Counted from the stretch's first letter, positions 18,644 to 28,821 are shown. The stretch is 64,000 nucleotides of DNA from an uncultured Ignavibacterium sp. (GCA_964580755.1 CAZOMO010000008.1:16875-80874), one strand, 5' to 3'. A program made the numbers and translations. The notes: generated by a model from the letters alone, not told the origin.

Positions 18644-19603
18644 TTACTCCTGAGCTGCTAACCAGCGCTCTGCATCAAGAGCAGCCATACAGCCTGTGCC
18701 TGCCGCAGTTACTGCCTGACGATAAGTATGATCAGCAACATCACCGGCTGCAAACACGCCTTCAATATTTGTATAAGTTGAACCGGGTTTAACTTTCAGA
18801 TATCCGGTTTCATCCATATCTAACCAGCGTTTAAATAATTTCGTGTTTGGCTGATGACCAATTCCAATAAATAATCCGTCAGCCTGAAACTCAGTTACTG
18901 CGCCTGAATTCGTATCCTGAAGTAATACTCCTCTCATACTTTTCTTACCATTTTCTTCAGTACCAAGGACTTCTTTAATTATTTTATTCGTTAAGAATTT
19001 AATTTTAGGATTTTTCTGTGCACGTTCAGTCATAATTTTTGAAGCACGGAATTCATCTCTTCTGTGAATGATTGTTACTTCATTTGCAAACTTTGTTAAG
19101 AATGTTGCTTCTTCCATTGCAGTATCGCCACCGCCGACAACAATAACTTTTAATCCTTTAAAGAAAAAACCATCACAGGTTGCGCAGGCAGAAACACCGT
19201 AACCCATATATTTATTTTCACTTTCTAACCCAAGTAATTTTGCTGATGCGCCGGTCGAAATAATAATTGAATCTGCCGTATAATTTTCATCATAAGATTT
19301 TACTTTAAACGGACGAGTTGAAAAATCAACTTCAGTTATTTCTTTATAAAAAGACTGAGCACCAAAACGCTGAGCCTGTTTACGCATTACATCCATTAAA
19401 GCAGGACCATCAATTCCGTTTTCAAATCCCGGATAATTTTCAACTTCGGTTGTAATTGTTAACTGCCCGCCGGGCTGCATTCCTTCAAAAATAACTGGAT
19501 TAAGGTTTGCACGACCGGTATAAATTGCAGCGGTTAAACCCGCGGGTCCTGAACCAATTATTAATACTTTAAAGTGATTTTTTTGATTTGCTTGTTCTGC
19601 CAT
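18644..19603 (-). CDS. trxB: Thioredoxin-disulfide reductase
   Basis: GSGPAG FAD site, redox-active CATCDG, GGGDTAMEEA NADPH site. I prefer the ATG at 19603 (preceded by GGAGAG) to the TTG-extended track start at 19630. Confidence 0.93.
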   Translation of the reverse strand: MAEQANQKNHFKVLIIGSGPAGLTAAIYTGRANLNPVIFEGMQPGGQLTITTEVENYPGFENGIDGPALMDVMRKQAQRFGAQSFYKEITEVDFSTRPFKVKSYDENYTADSIIISTGASAKLLGLESENKYMGYGVSACATCDGFFFKGLKVIVVGGGDTAMEEATFLTKFANEVTIIHRRDEFRASKIMTERAQKNPKIKFLTNKIIKEVLGTEENGKKSMRGVLLQDTNSGAVTEFQADGLFIGIGHQPNTKLFKRWLDMDETGYLKVKPGSTYTNIEGVFAAGDVADHTYRQAVTAAGTGCMAALDAERWLAAQE

Positions 19604-19769
19604 TTTCTCTCCAACAGTTTTTATGAGCAAAGATTTATTTTTTTATATCTGTAAGATTCTTATAAGTTGATGAAGATTCAAGAAGGAAAAATGGAATGTG
19701 TCTTAAAATCTTGGTTTATCATCAACTAAATACCAAAACCTGAAAAATATTTGATTTTGCTGCTCATAA

Positions 19770-20711
19770 TTATTCAAACAAAAACTTTGCATTCCGCTGC
19801 AGTCCTTTTAGTTTTGTTCTTTTAATCGGACTTTCGGCAAAGCGCTCTTTAAATGTTTGAGCATTCAATTCCATTACTTCATCATAACTTAATTCCTTAT
19901 TCTTTGGGTAAAATTCATCAATCGAAGTAATGACTGAAAATTTTTGATTCCATGGACAAACATCCTGACAAATATCACATCCAAATATCCAGTTCTCAAA
20001 CTTTTCTTTTAGTTCATCCGGGATATCATTTTTGTTTTCAATTGTCTGAAATGAAATACACCTATTTGCATCAACAACATATTCGTTAACAATTGCACTT
20101 GTCGGGCAGGCATCAATACAAGCTGTACAAGTTCCGCAATGGTCAGTAATGATTTCAGAATAATCAAAATCATAATTTGTAATTATGTTTGCAATAAAAA
20201 ACCAACTGCCGATTTTTGGATTAATAACATTTGAGTGTTTACCCACCCAGCCAATTCCTGCACGAACAGCCCAGGCTTTGTCCATAACTGGACCAGTATC
20301 CACATACGAAAGAGTTTCTAGTTCAGGTTCAAGTTTCTTTAACTCTTTCTCTAATTCTTCAAGCTTTTGCCAGATAATAAAATGATAATCTTTTCCCCAG
20401 CCATAACGGGAAACTTTTCCTTGTGCAGCCTGATTTGAATTTTCATCCTTTTGAAGTGAATGTTTTTCAGGTGTATAATAATTTAGTGCGAGTGAGATTA
20501 CACTTTTTGCGGATGGTAAAATTTCTCTAACATTTTTTCGTTTATGGAAATTTCTTTCCATATATCCCATCGTTGATTGAAACCCTTTATCCAGCCATAA
20601 CTGAAGTTTTTCAGTTTCCTTTTCAAGCAAATCTGCCTTTGCAAAACCGACCAGATCAAATCCAAATTGTTTTGCTTTTTCAATCACTATTTGATTTGTT
20701 AGTATGTTCAT
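19770..20711 (-). CDS. queG: tRNA epoxyqueuosine(34) reductase
   Basis: Two 4Fe-4S motifs (CGTCTACIDACP, CDICQDVCPWN) in the QueG arrangement. Confidence 0.9.
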   Translation of the reverse strand: MNILTNQIVIEKAKQFGFDLVGFAKADLLEKETEKLQLWLDKGFQSTMGYMERNFHKRKNVREILPSAKSVISLALNYYTPEKHSLQKDENSNQAAQGKVSRYGWGKDYHFIIWQKLEELEKELKKLEPELETLSYVDTGPVMDKAWAVRAGIGWVGKHSNVINPKIGSWFFIANIITNYDFDYSEIITDHCGTCTACIDACPTSAIVNEYVVDANRCISFQTIENKNDIPDELKEKFENWIFGCDICQDVCPWNQKFSVITSIDEFYPKNKELSYDEVMELNAQTFKERFAESPIKRTKLKGLQRNAKFLFE

Positions 20712-20818
20712 ATTAGCATAAAAGACTTATACAATTTCAACTTTGTTCACTAAAAATCTTTTACCCTTATGTTCTTTTAAATCAGAAACCTTATAGATTT
20801 TTGAATAATCAGAATCAA

Positions 20819-21664
20819 TTATTCTATATCCAAAAAAGTTTTATCCTGCACGATTCCCTTTTCGGTATGTTTTAATGTTGCCGCAGCAAATTTAGGATCG
20901 TGACCAAAATATAATATCCAGTTTTCATCAGCAGCCAATTTGAGATACTTTTTCTTCTCTTCAACTGTTACTAAAGGCTGAATGTCATATCCCATTATAT
21001 ATGGTATTCTGATTTGTGAAACGAACGGAATTAAATCACAACAATAAAGCAAAATTTTTGATGAATCAGATATTTTAATCATCTGCTGACCCAACGTATG
21101 TCCGTTGATTATTCTGAATGATATATTTTCATCAAAATCAATTTCTCCATCAATCAGATTTAATACACCTTCTTTAGCAAGAGGTTCAAAATTTTCTTTG
21201 ATATAACTTCCTCTGTCTCTGTCAGATGGATTCATACCCCATTCAAAATTTTTCTTCTGAACAAAATATCTGGCATTGGGAAATGAAGGAATAATTTTAT
21301 CGTTTTCAATTTTTGTTGAACCGCCAGTATGATCAAAATGAAGATGAGTTAAAATTACATCGGTTAAATCATCAGGTTTTAATCCATTTAACTCAAGAGA
21401 TTTTTCAAGACTAATTTCAGGATCAATACGATAAATATTTTTTGATTTTTCATCCCACTTGTTGCCCATTCCTGTATCTATAAGTATTTTTCTGTCATCA
21501 CAGGTAAGCAAAAGATTTCTTGTTGCAAGTATAACACGGTTTTGTTCATCAGCAGGATTTGTTTTTTCCCAAAGAGGTTTTGGGATAATTCCAAACATTG
21601 CACCTCCATCCAAACCAATAAATCCGGACAGAACAGTTGTTAAAGTATATTTACCAATTTTCAT
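20819..21664 (-). CDS. MBL-fold metallo-hydrolase
   Basis: HxHxDH motif (THLHFDHTGG). Confidence 0.8.
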   Translation of the reverse strand: MKIGKYTLTTVLSGFIGLDGGAMFGIIPKPLWEKTNPADEQNRVILATRNLLLTCDDRKILIDTGMGNKWDEKSKNIYRIDPEISLEKSLELNGLKPDDLTDVILTHLHFDHTGGSTKIENDKIIPSFPNARYFVQKKNFEWGMNPSDRDRGSYIKENFEPLAKEGVLNLIDGEIDFDENISFRIINGHTLGQQMIKISDSSKILLYCCDLIPFVSQIRIPYIMGYDIQPLVTVEEKKKYLKLAADENWILYFGHDPKFAAATLKHTEKGIVQDKTFLDIE

Positions 21665-21770
21665 AATAATTAAAAATGATTGAACAATAATTGATTTTTA
21701 CAAATGAAGTTAAATAAGAATGGAAAAAGATGGAAATGAATAAAATGAAAACACGAATTATAATTCGGTA

Positions 21771-21800
21771 ATAAATAAAAAGGGTAGTCAAACCACCCTT
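21771..21800 (-). terminator. Candidate intrinsic terminator of the ferredoxin gene
   Basis: Minus strand reads AAGGGTGG-TTTGA-CTACCCTT followed by TTTATTTAT (8-bp stem with one G-U). The stem begins 14 nt after the stop at 21815. Confidence 0.6.
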
Positions 21801-21814
21801 CAAACAAAATAAAA

Positions 21815-22147
21815 TTATCTTCCTATACTATCTAGGTATTCTTTTCGTTTTAACAATGTATCAACATCTTCCACGTGTTCTGGATCCGGTATGCAGCAAT
21901 CCACTGGACAAACAGCAGCACATTGTGGTTCGTCGTGGAAGCCTTTGCATTCTGTACATTTATCAGGAACAATGTAAAAGAAGTCAGCAGAATAGAAACC
22001 AGATGCGCCGGAAGGAGCTGGATCGCCAGCACCGTAATGATTACCGGCTAATTCCCAATCGGCTCCGCCTTCATAAATTGCAGTGTTAGGGCATTCTGGT
22101 TCACAAGCACCACAGTTGATACATTCTTCAGTAATTTTAATGGCCAT
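21815..22147 (-). CDS. 4Fe-4S dicluster ferredoxin
   Basis: Cys clusters [12 protein letters not shown] and CTECKGF...CAAVCP. Confidence 0.85.
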   Translation of the reverse strand: MAIKITEECINCGACEPECPNTAIYEGGADWELAGNHYGAGDPAPSGASGFYSADFFYIVPDKCTECKGFHDEPQCAAVCPVDCCIPDPEHVEDVDTLLKRKEYLDSIGR

Positions 22148-22261
22148 AATTTTTCTCCTTAAATATTATCAATATTTGCAAATAATTTTCAAAACGCATC
22201 CATAGTTTATAAAATATCGCACTATTCTTCAAGGTAGAATTGAAAAATTCTTTGATAATAA

Positions 22262-22969
22262 TTACCAGCGTCCACTAGCTCCTCCGCCGCCAAACGAGCC
22301 GCCTCCGCCGCTAAAACCGCTTCCACCGCCGCCCCAACTACTACTTCCACTTGACCATCCGCCCGAAGATGAGCCAGCTCTATAAATTCCACCTGGAGTT
22401 AATGGTCCGCCATTCTTAATAAAAATAAATATTACTACAAAAATTATCATAAAAACAATAAACGGAACAGCAGAATCATCGTCACTTTCTTCTGCAACAT
22501 ATTCACCGCCAATAGCCTTGATAATTGTTTCAATCCCATCTTTGATTCCTGAATAATAATCATCATTCTTAAATTGCGGAGTTATTACATTTCTAATTAT
22601 TGAACTTGCTGTTGCATCCGGAACAACGCCTTCTAATCCATATCCTACTTCAATTCTAACTTGTCTGTCATTTTTTGCAATCAGAAGCAAAATACCGTTA
22701 TCGTGTTTTACACTTCCAATTTTATTTTTAGTTGCTAATTCTTCAGCAAGCATTTCAATCGGATAACCTTCTAGTGAAGGAATCATCAATACAATTATCT
22801 GATTTGATGTTGTATCTGCAAAAGACTTTAATCTAAAATTCAAATCACTTAATTCCGATTGGCTTAAAGTGTTTGTCAAATCAGTTGCCCACATTTTAAG
22901 TTCTGGTACTTCAGGCTGTGCAAATGTGGATACAGTAAAGATTAAAAATACTGCTGCAAATAATTTCAT
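22262..22969 (-). CDS. TPM (YgcG-like) domain protein
   Basis: Signal peptide, TPM-type domain, TM helix and a Gly/Ser-rich tail. Starts 2 nt after the lemA stop. Confidence 0.8.
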   Translation of the reverse strand: MKLFAAVFLIFTVSTFAQPEVPELKMWATDLTNTLSQSELSDLNFRLKSFADTTSNQIIVLMIPSLEGYPIEMLAEELATKNKIGSVKHDNGILLLIAKNDRQVRIEVGYGLEGVVPDATASSIIRNVITPQFKNDDYYSGIKDGIETIIKAIGGEYVAEESDDDSAVPFIVFMIIFVVIFIFIKNGGPLTPGGIYRAGSSSGGWSSGSSSWGGGGSGFSGGGGSFGGGGASGRW

Positions 22970-22971
22970 TT

Positions 22972-23580
22972 TTAAAATTCAACTTTAGGCGGAGTTTCAG
23001 CACCTGGAATTGATTTAAAATATTGCTTCTCACCAAATCCAAACATACCAGCTAACATTGATGCAGGAAATCTTTTAATAGTTGTATTATACTGCTGTAC
23101 GACTTCATTAAACTTTTTTCGTTCTACTGAAATTCTGTTTTCTGTTCCCTCTAACTGTGCCTGAAGCTGTAAGAAGTTTTCATTTGCTTTTAATTGAGGA
23201 TAATTTTCTACTGTAACAAGCAAGCGGGATAATGCACCGCTTAATTCACCTTGTAATGATTGAAATTTTGCAAATGCCTGAGGATCGTTAAGCAGTTCTG
23301 GCGTAATGTTGAACTGACTAACCTTTGCACGGGCTTCGGTTACTTGTGTTAAAACATCTTTTTCAAAATCTGCATAACCCTTAACAGTATTAACTAGATT
23401 TGGAATAAGATCTGCACGGCGCTGATACTGATTTTCCACCTGAGCCCATTGTTGAATAACGGACTGATCAAGAGAAACCATATTATTGTAAACGCCAATT
23501 CCCCAGGTAACAAGCAATGCAATGCCAAGAAGCACTACTGCCCCAATTGCGCAACCGATCATCATAGTTTTATTTTTCAT
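22972..23580 (-). CDS. lemA: LemA family protein
   Basis: N-terminal TM plus LemA pattern (QYQRRADLIPNLV, ENRISVERKKFN). Confidence 0.9.
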   Translation of the reverse strand: MKNKTMMIGCAIGAVVLLGIALLVTWGIGVYNNMVSLDQSVIQQWAQVENQYQRRADLIPNLVNTVKGYADFEKDVLTQVTEARAKVSQFNITPELLNDPQAFAKFQSLQGELSGALSRLLVTVENYPQLKANENFLQLQAQLEGTENRISVERKKFNEVVQQYNTTIKRFPASMLAGMFGFGEKQYFKSIPGAETPPKVEF

Positions 23581-23699
23581 TGATCCTCCTCTACGAACAA
23601 TTAATAAATGGAGATTTATCTGTTAAATGATTTTCACGAATTTCAATATAAAATATAATATTTAATCAAAGAAAAAACTTGTTAAACTTCAGATATTCT

Positions 23700-24539
23700 T
23701 TACGGATGCTTTCCAGTAAACATAAACTGCAAGTATTCCATAGCTTTATTTGATATCTGCAAATTCTTTTGAACTGCAAATTTTTCTGCATTCTCTATGT
23801 TACCGGAATAAAATCTTAACCATAAGAAATTACCTGCGATAACTCCGTCAAACACCCTGTCTTCAATAAAGGAATTTACTGTCAGATATCCTGCTAAAAT
23901 ATTCCAGCCCAGCGAAAGTAATCCGCTTAAATATTCTCCGGTGTAAAATTGTCCAAAGCCCGGAATTAAGTATGAACTATATTCAGCAAACTTTTCAGAG
24001 TACATTTGGTTATCAACTGATTTACAGAGTTCAGCTAATGCTGTATCAAGATTATTTTCAGCAAAGATATTATATGCTTTCTCCCAGTCATTATTAAAAA
24101 TGTAATTCCAGCCAATCCAATATTTTATTTCACTTTGCCTGGAAAAAAAATTAGGATTATCAATTAAATCATTCAGGATTTTTTCTGCCTGCTTGTCAGT
24201 ACGCCGTAAAATATTTGTTCTCGCATTTAAAATTTTTGAATTAAAAAGTTCATCATCATTGCGTGCGTTGATTTCAGCAAGAGTAAAATACTTAATGGCA
24301 TCGTCAAACTTTGCACCAGCTTTATATGATTTGCCAATTAACAGATTGGATTGAAATAAAAAAATTTTTTCATCATCAAAAAATTGAAGACGCTTTAATT
24401 CAGTTATCGCATCAAAATACTTTTCCTGCTTATAAAGCTGATATGCAAAATTATATTGCTGCTCTAAATTATTTTGTGCAAATAATTCTGAAAAAAGTAT
24501 AAGAATCAGTAAGAGTATCTTTTTATTTACAAAAATCAT
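23700..24539 (-). CDS. Secreted TPR-like protein with C-terminal two-helix membrane anchor (PGFGQFYTG motif), function unknown
   Basis: The internal ATG at 24539 gives a clean signal peptide (MIFVNKKILLLILILFSELFAQ). The track start at 24716 would overlap the upstream gene by about 190 nt. Paralogous in layout to 24523..25374. Confidence 0.55.
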   Translation of the reverse strand: MIFVNKKILLLILILFSELFAQNNLEQQYNFAYQLYKQEKYFDAITELKRLQFFDDEKIFLFQSNLLIGKSYKAGAKFDDAIKYFTLAEINARNDDELFNSKILNARTNILRRTDKQAEKILNDLIDNPNFFSRQSEIKYWIGWNYIFNNDWEKAYNIFAENNLDTALAELCKSVDNQMYSEKFAEYSSYLIPGFGQFYTGEYLSGLLSLGWNILAGYLTVNSFIEDRVFDGVIAGNFLWLRFYSGNIENAEKFAVQKNLQISNKAMEYLQFMFTGKHP

Positions 24540-25374
24540 AATGCTGTGTAAAATAATTTTTTTCCTGCAGAAATAACTTAATGTGTTCATTAAAACTGAA
24601 ATTAACTTTTGCATTAAATATCTGAGCTGATGCGACAGAACCATAAATATTTCCGGCATAAAAACCAGCGCCAACTGCTGTAAAAATCCAAGCTCGCGTT
24701 GTATGATGATGTTCAAAATTTGTATAAGCCAGATACGAAAAAATTCCTGTCAATACTAAAGCTGTTATTCCGTCACTAACGTGATTGGTATAAATCTTAC
24801 CCAATCCAGGGACTATTGTTGAAAGAACCCCTGCTAATAATTCACTTTTATAAGGAGGGTCTTTTTTCAAATCAAAAAAATGAGATACGGTATTTTTGTC
24901 CTCATTTGTAAATGGAATAAGAAATTTTTCTTTTTCAATCAGTTTGTTTTCAGTAAGCAGCAAAGAAATGTTCTTTAGTTTATAAGCATTATTTGAATAA
25001 ACAAATTGGGATTCAATTAACGAATCAGCAAACGGATAAAACGAAGAAAAATCATTTAATAGATAAAGCGATTTGAGAATTTCTATTTTACTTTCTTCAA
25101 AGAATAGAGATGTATTTTTTATATTCTTAAATATTTTAATTGCATTTGCAGGATCATTTATATATGAAAATCCAAGTGCAATTTTAAATTGCACCGAATC
25201 ATCTTCAACTGATATCAAATATTTTTCATACTCATCAATAGCTCGTAAATAATCTTTTTCACAGAATAAAAAATCAGCAAATCGTTTTATGTTTTGTGGC
25301 GATTGAAAATCAATCTGTTGTGAAAAGCTATGGACAGAAATAATGATAAATAAAAGAAAAAATTTTTTAATCAT
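24523..25374 (-). CDS. Secreted TPR-like protein with C-terminal two-helix membrane anchor (PGLGKIYTN motif), function unknown
   Basis: Signal peptide MIKKFFLLFIIISVHSFSQ, a helical-repeat region and hydrophobic C-terminal helices. ATGA overlap with the YidD-like gene. Confidence 0.55.
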   Translation of the reverse strand: MIKKFFLLFIIISVHSFSQQIDFQSPQNIKRFADFLFCEKDYLRAIDEYEKYLISVEDDSVQFKIALGFSYINDPANAIKIFKNIKNTSLFFEESKIEILKSLYLLNDFSSFYPFADSLIESQFVYSNNAYKLKNISLLLTENKLIEKEKFLIPFTNEDKNTVSHFFDLKKDPPYKSELLAGVLSTIVPGLGKIYTNHVSDGITALVLTGIFSYLAYTNFEHHHTTRAWIFTAVGAGFYAGNIYGSVASAQIFNAKVNFSFNEHIKLFLQEKNYFTQHYDFCK

Positions 25375-25847
25375 TTATTCACAAAAGAATTTGCCGGAAT
25401 TATTTTTATCTTTTCTTTCTCCAGGGTATAAAGTCTTATTGGATCATAAAAATGATATTTATCAAAGTGTGGATAATTCTTACGGCGTTCAAAAAGATTT
25501 GTGTCCCTTGTAAATCTATCGAAGAACATCAGAGTACCCTGAAAAATATTTGTTTCCTTAATTGACTCAGCAAAAAAACTTGAACACGATGGTTGAAACG
25601 GACAATTAGCGCCATCCAAATCTGAAACAAAAAACCAGTAAGCATTGATTACCGGTATTATAATAATATCTGAAACCGAGTTAATGGATAAATCATATTC
25701 ACGCTGAATATATGGATCATTTTTCTGATAAGTTGGGTCAGATTTTTCCCATCTAACCCAATCTGTCTGTGCAAAAGAACAAAAATGAAGAAGGAAGAAA
25801 ATCCACAAAAAATATTTTTTATTTATTATCAAGCAATGCTCTTGCAA
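25371..25847 (-). CDS. Divergent YidD (DUF37)-like protein with signal-peptide-like N-terminal extension
   Basis: The core NCPFQPSCSSFFAESIKETNIFQGTLMFFDRFTRD fits the YidD pattern C-x-F-x-P-[ST]-C-S, but CHP and GG-DP are absent. Start is a TTG at 25847 or 25832; either overlaps the acyl-CoA dehydrogenase stop. Confidence 0.55.
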   Translation of the reverse strand: MQEHCLIINKKYFLWIFFLLHFCSFAQTDWVRWEKSDPTYQKNDPYIQREYDLSINSVSDIIIIPVINAYWFFVSDLDGANCPFQPSCSSFFAESIKETNIFQGTLMFFDRFTRDTNLFERRKNYPHFDKYHFYDPIRLYTLEKEKIKIIPANSFVNK

Positions 25848-26964
25848 TTACTACTTTTTGTATTTCCGAGGTTCCTTCATATATCTCGGTAATTTTAGCA
25901 TCACGCAAATACCTTTCCACCAGATACTCGCGCACATAACCATAACCACCGTGTATTTGAATAGCATCCAGTGCATTTTGCACAGCAATTCTTGAAGCAT
26001 AAAGTTTTGCCATTGCCGCTTCTTTAAAATAAGGTTTGTCTGCATCTTTAAGCGCTGCAGCTTTAAATGTTAACATCTTTGCGGCATCAACTTTTACAGA
26101 CATATCAGCAATCATAAACTGAATTGCCTGAAAATTTGATATTGTTTGTCCGAATGCTTTTCTTTCTTTGGAATATTTGATGGAAGCATTCAAAGAAGCT
26201 TCTGCTATACCAATTGCCTGTGATGCAATACCAATTCTTCCGCCATTAAGCGTGTTCATTGCAAAATTAAATCCTTTACCCTCTTCCCAAACAAGATTTT
26301 CTTTTGGCACCCTGCAATTTTGAAAAGTAAGTGAACAAGTATCAGAACTTCTGATTCCAAGTTTATCTTCTTTAACACCGTGATCAAAACCCGGTGTTCC
26401 TTTTTCAACAATAAAGGTTGAAATACCTTTATGAGCTAATTCTTTATTTGTAGCAGCCATAACCAAAACATAATCGGCTGTAGTTCCGTTTGTTATCCAG
26501 TTTTTAATTCCATTCAAAGAGAAATGATCACCATCTTTATCAGCGGTAGTTTTTTGTTTTGTTGCATCACTTCCTGCCTCTGGCTCTGATAAAGCGAATG
26601 CACCGAGTTTTTCACCCTGAGCAAGGGGTACAAGATATTTTTGTTTGATAAAATCTGAACCATATTTTTCTAATCCGTAACAAACTAAAGAATTATTTAC
26701 AGACATTATTACACCAAGACTCGCATCAACTTTGGAAATTTCTATCATCGCCAGAACATAACTAATTGTATCCATTCCGGCGCCTCCGTACTCAGGTGGA
26801 ACCATCATTCCCATAAAACCAAGTTCACCCATTTTTTTAACAAGTTCATAAGGAAATTCTGCTGTCTTATCTCTCTGAACTGCAGAAGGTGCGATTTCAT
26901 TTACTGCAAAGTCTCTTGCAGATTCCTGAATCATCAGATGTTCTTCGGTGAAGTCAAAATTCAT
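25819..26964 (-). CDS. Acyl-CoA dehydrogenase (short/medium-chain type)
   Basis: Full three-domain ACAD layout, with YEGTSEIQ near the C-terminus. Confidence 0.92.
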   Translation of the reverse strand: MNFDFTEEHLMIQESARDFAVNEIAPSAVQRDKTAEFPYELVKKMGELGFMGMMVPPEYGGAGMDTISYVLAMIEISKVDASLGVIMSVNNSLVCYGLEKYGSDFIKQKYLVPLAQGEKLGAFALSEPEAGSDATKQKTTADKDGDHFSLNGIKNWITNGTTADYVLVMAATNKELAHKGISTFIVEKGTPGFDHGVKEDKLGIRSSDTCSLTFQNCRVPKENLVWEEGKGFNFAMNTLNGGRIGIASQAIGIAEASLNASIKYSKERKAFGQTISNFQAIQFMIADMSVKVDAAKMLTFKAAALKDADKPYFKEAAMAKLYASRIAVQNALDAIQIHGGYGYVREYLVERYLRDAKITEIYEGTSEIQKVVIARALLDNK

Positions 26965-27134
26965 TTTAATTCCTTTTTAATTTTAAAAAAAGCTGTTAAC
27001 TTAATCCCGTTGATTTAAGGGTTTATTTTATTTCAAAAATAAAGTATTAATCTTTATGTATCAATTGGAAGATGATTGTTAATATGCTGAAAATTTTTAT
27101 TATTTTTGACAAATCTTAATTCTAATGTTATATA

Positions 27135-28232
27135 ATGACTGAACAAAGTTTAACTGAGGCGCCGGTTAGCAAAACCATATTAAAAGGATTAACCTTAAAA
27201 GAATTAAAAGACTTTTTTATTGTAGCTGACGAAAAAAAGTTTAGGGGCGAACAGGTTTTTGAATGGATCTACGGACACATGGCAGTTAGTTTTGACGATA
27301 TGTCAACAATTCCAAACTATCTCAGAAAAAAACTAAATCTTTATTGCGAACTTAACACCCTCACTTTTGTTTCTGTAAATCAATCATCGAAAACAGGAAC
27401 AAGAAAATATTTATTTAAAACACACGATGATCTTATCATTGAATCTGTAATTATTCCCGAACCCAAACGAATAACACTATGTATTTCCACACAGGTTGGA
27501 TGTCCGCTTGATTGTCAGTTTTGCGCAACCGGTGTAATGGGCTATAAAAGAAATCTCACATCCGGTGAAATAATTGATCAGTTTCTTTTAGCTTCAAGAG
27601 ACTATGGAAAAAATAAAATTTCTAATATTGTTTATATGGGAATGGGTGAACCGCTTCTAAATTATACAAATACATTAAAAACTCTTCAGATATTTGCTGA
27701 AGAAAAGACTAAAGATATTAGTTTAAAAAAGATTACGGTTTCAACTGCGGGTATAGCACCAAAAATTATTGAACTTGCTGACAGCGGATTAAAAGTAAAA
27801 TTGGCATTTTCACTTCACTCAATGTTTGAAGAAACCCGCAGTAAAATAATGCCGATAAATAAAAAATATTCATTGACAGAAAATATTGAAGCTCTTAGAT
27901 ATTATGTAAAACAAACCGGTACACGTATTACTTTTGAATATATTATGTTAAAAGATTTTAATGACAGAGATGATGATTTAAAAGCTCTTATAAGATTATG
28001 CAAATCAATTTCTTGCAAGATAAATATTATACCGTTTAATTCAATTGCACATATGAGTCCGACCGGTCTTGCACAAGAATTAGAACCTTCACAAAAATTC
28101 CGCTTTGATGAATTTGTAAATACATTGCGAAATAATGATATAACTGTTATGGTCAGATATACACAGGGTGATGATATTGCTGCAGCCTGCGGGCAGTTGG
28201 CATATAAGTTTGAAAAAGACAAAGCTGAGTAA
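27135..28232 (+). CDS. rlmN: 23S rRNA (adenine2503-C2)-methyltransferase RlmN
   Basis: FRGEQVFEWIY, radical-SAM CPLDCQFC, GMGEPLLN, C-terminal AACGQL. Confidence 0.92.
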   Translation: MTEQSLTEAPVSKTILKGLTLKELKDFFIVADEKKFRGEQVFEWIYGHMAVSFDDMSTIPNYLRKKLNLYCELNTLTFVSVNQSSKTGTRKYLFKTHDDLIIESVIIPEPKRITLCISTQVGCPLDCQFCATGVMGYKRNLTSGEIIDQFLLASRDYGKNKISNIVYMGMGEPLLNYTNTLKTLQIFAEEKTKDISLKKITVSTAGIAPKIIELADSGLKVKLAFSLHSMFEETRSKIMPINKKYSLTENIEALRYYVKQTGTRITFEYIMLKDFNDRDDDLKALIRLCKSISCKINIIPFNSIAHMSPTGLAQELEPSQKFRFDEFVNTLRNNDITVMVRYTQGDDIAAACGQLAYKFEKDKAE

Positions 28233-28786
28233 TGCGTAAACTTACGCACGATGAAATTTCTGCAAACAGAAGTTCACTTGAAAATATTCACACCGTAAAA
28301 AAACTTCCTGTTCAGGTTTTATTAAATTCTATAAGAAGCTCATACAATGTTGGTTCAATCTTCAGAACCTCAGATGGAGCAATGATAGAAAAACTTATCC
28401 TGTGCGGTTACACACCTCATCCGCCTTTAGATGAAAATGATAAAGGAAATAAAGACGTACTTAAAACAGCACTTGGCTCAACTCAAAGTGTAAAATGGGA
28501 ATACAAAAAAAGTGCAATTGAAACCTTGAAACAATTTAAGGAAGACGGGATCAAAATTTGTGCTTTGGAATTAACAGAAAACAGTAAACCCTATAATGAA
28601 ATCAGCAAAAAAGATTTTCCGATTTGTTTGGTTATTGGAAATGAAATAACCGGTGTAGCACAGGAAGTATTGGATTTATGCGATTACTCAATTGAGATTC
28701 CGCAATACGGCATTAAACAATCATTAAATGTTGCAGTAGCTTATGGAATTGCAATTTTTGAAATGCGTAAAATATTTGACTTCTAA
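28232..28786 (+). CDS. SPOUT (TrmH/SpoU) family RNA methyltransferase
   Basis: NVGSIFRTSDG, LVIGNEITGV, IPQYGIKQSLNVAVAYGI. 1-nt overlap with the rlmN stop. Confidence 0.85.
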   Translation: MRKLTHDEISANRSSLENIHTVKKLPVQVLLNSIRSSYNVGSIFRTSDGAMIEKLILCGYTPHPPLDENDKGNKDVLKTALGSTQSVKWEYKKSAIETLKQFKEDGIKICALELTENSKPYNEISKKDFPICLVIGNEITGVAQEVLDLCDYSIEIPQYGIKQSLNVAVAYGIAIFEMRKIFDF

Positions 28787-28821
28787 AATATGTTACAGCA
28801 AATAATTTTTAGTTAATATCT

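Noticed and set aside
24540-24716. The N-terminal 59 aa of track ORF 23700..24716
   Set aside because: This extension overlaps the upstream gene's coding region. The internal ATG at 24539 gives a normal signal peptide, so the extension is treated as spurious.
27106-27136. A perfect TTGACA, 17-nt spacer, then TATATA/TATAAT, as the rlmN promoter
   Set aside because: The -10 element overlaps the only possible rlmN start codon (ATG 27135; in-frame TAA at 27123-27125). A transcript from it would start inside the CDS. This is either coincidental in AT-rich DNA or would need a leaderless arrangement that the spacing does not fit.
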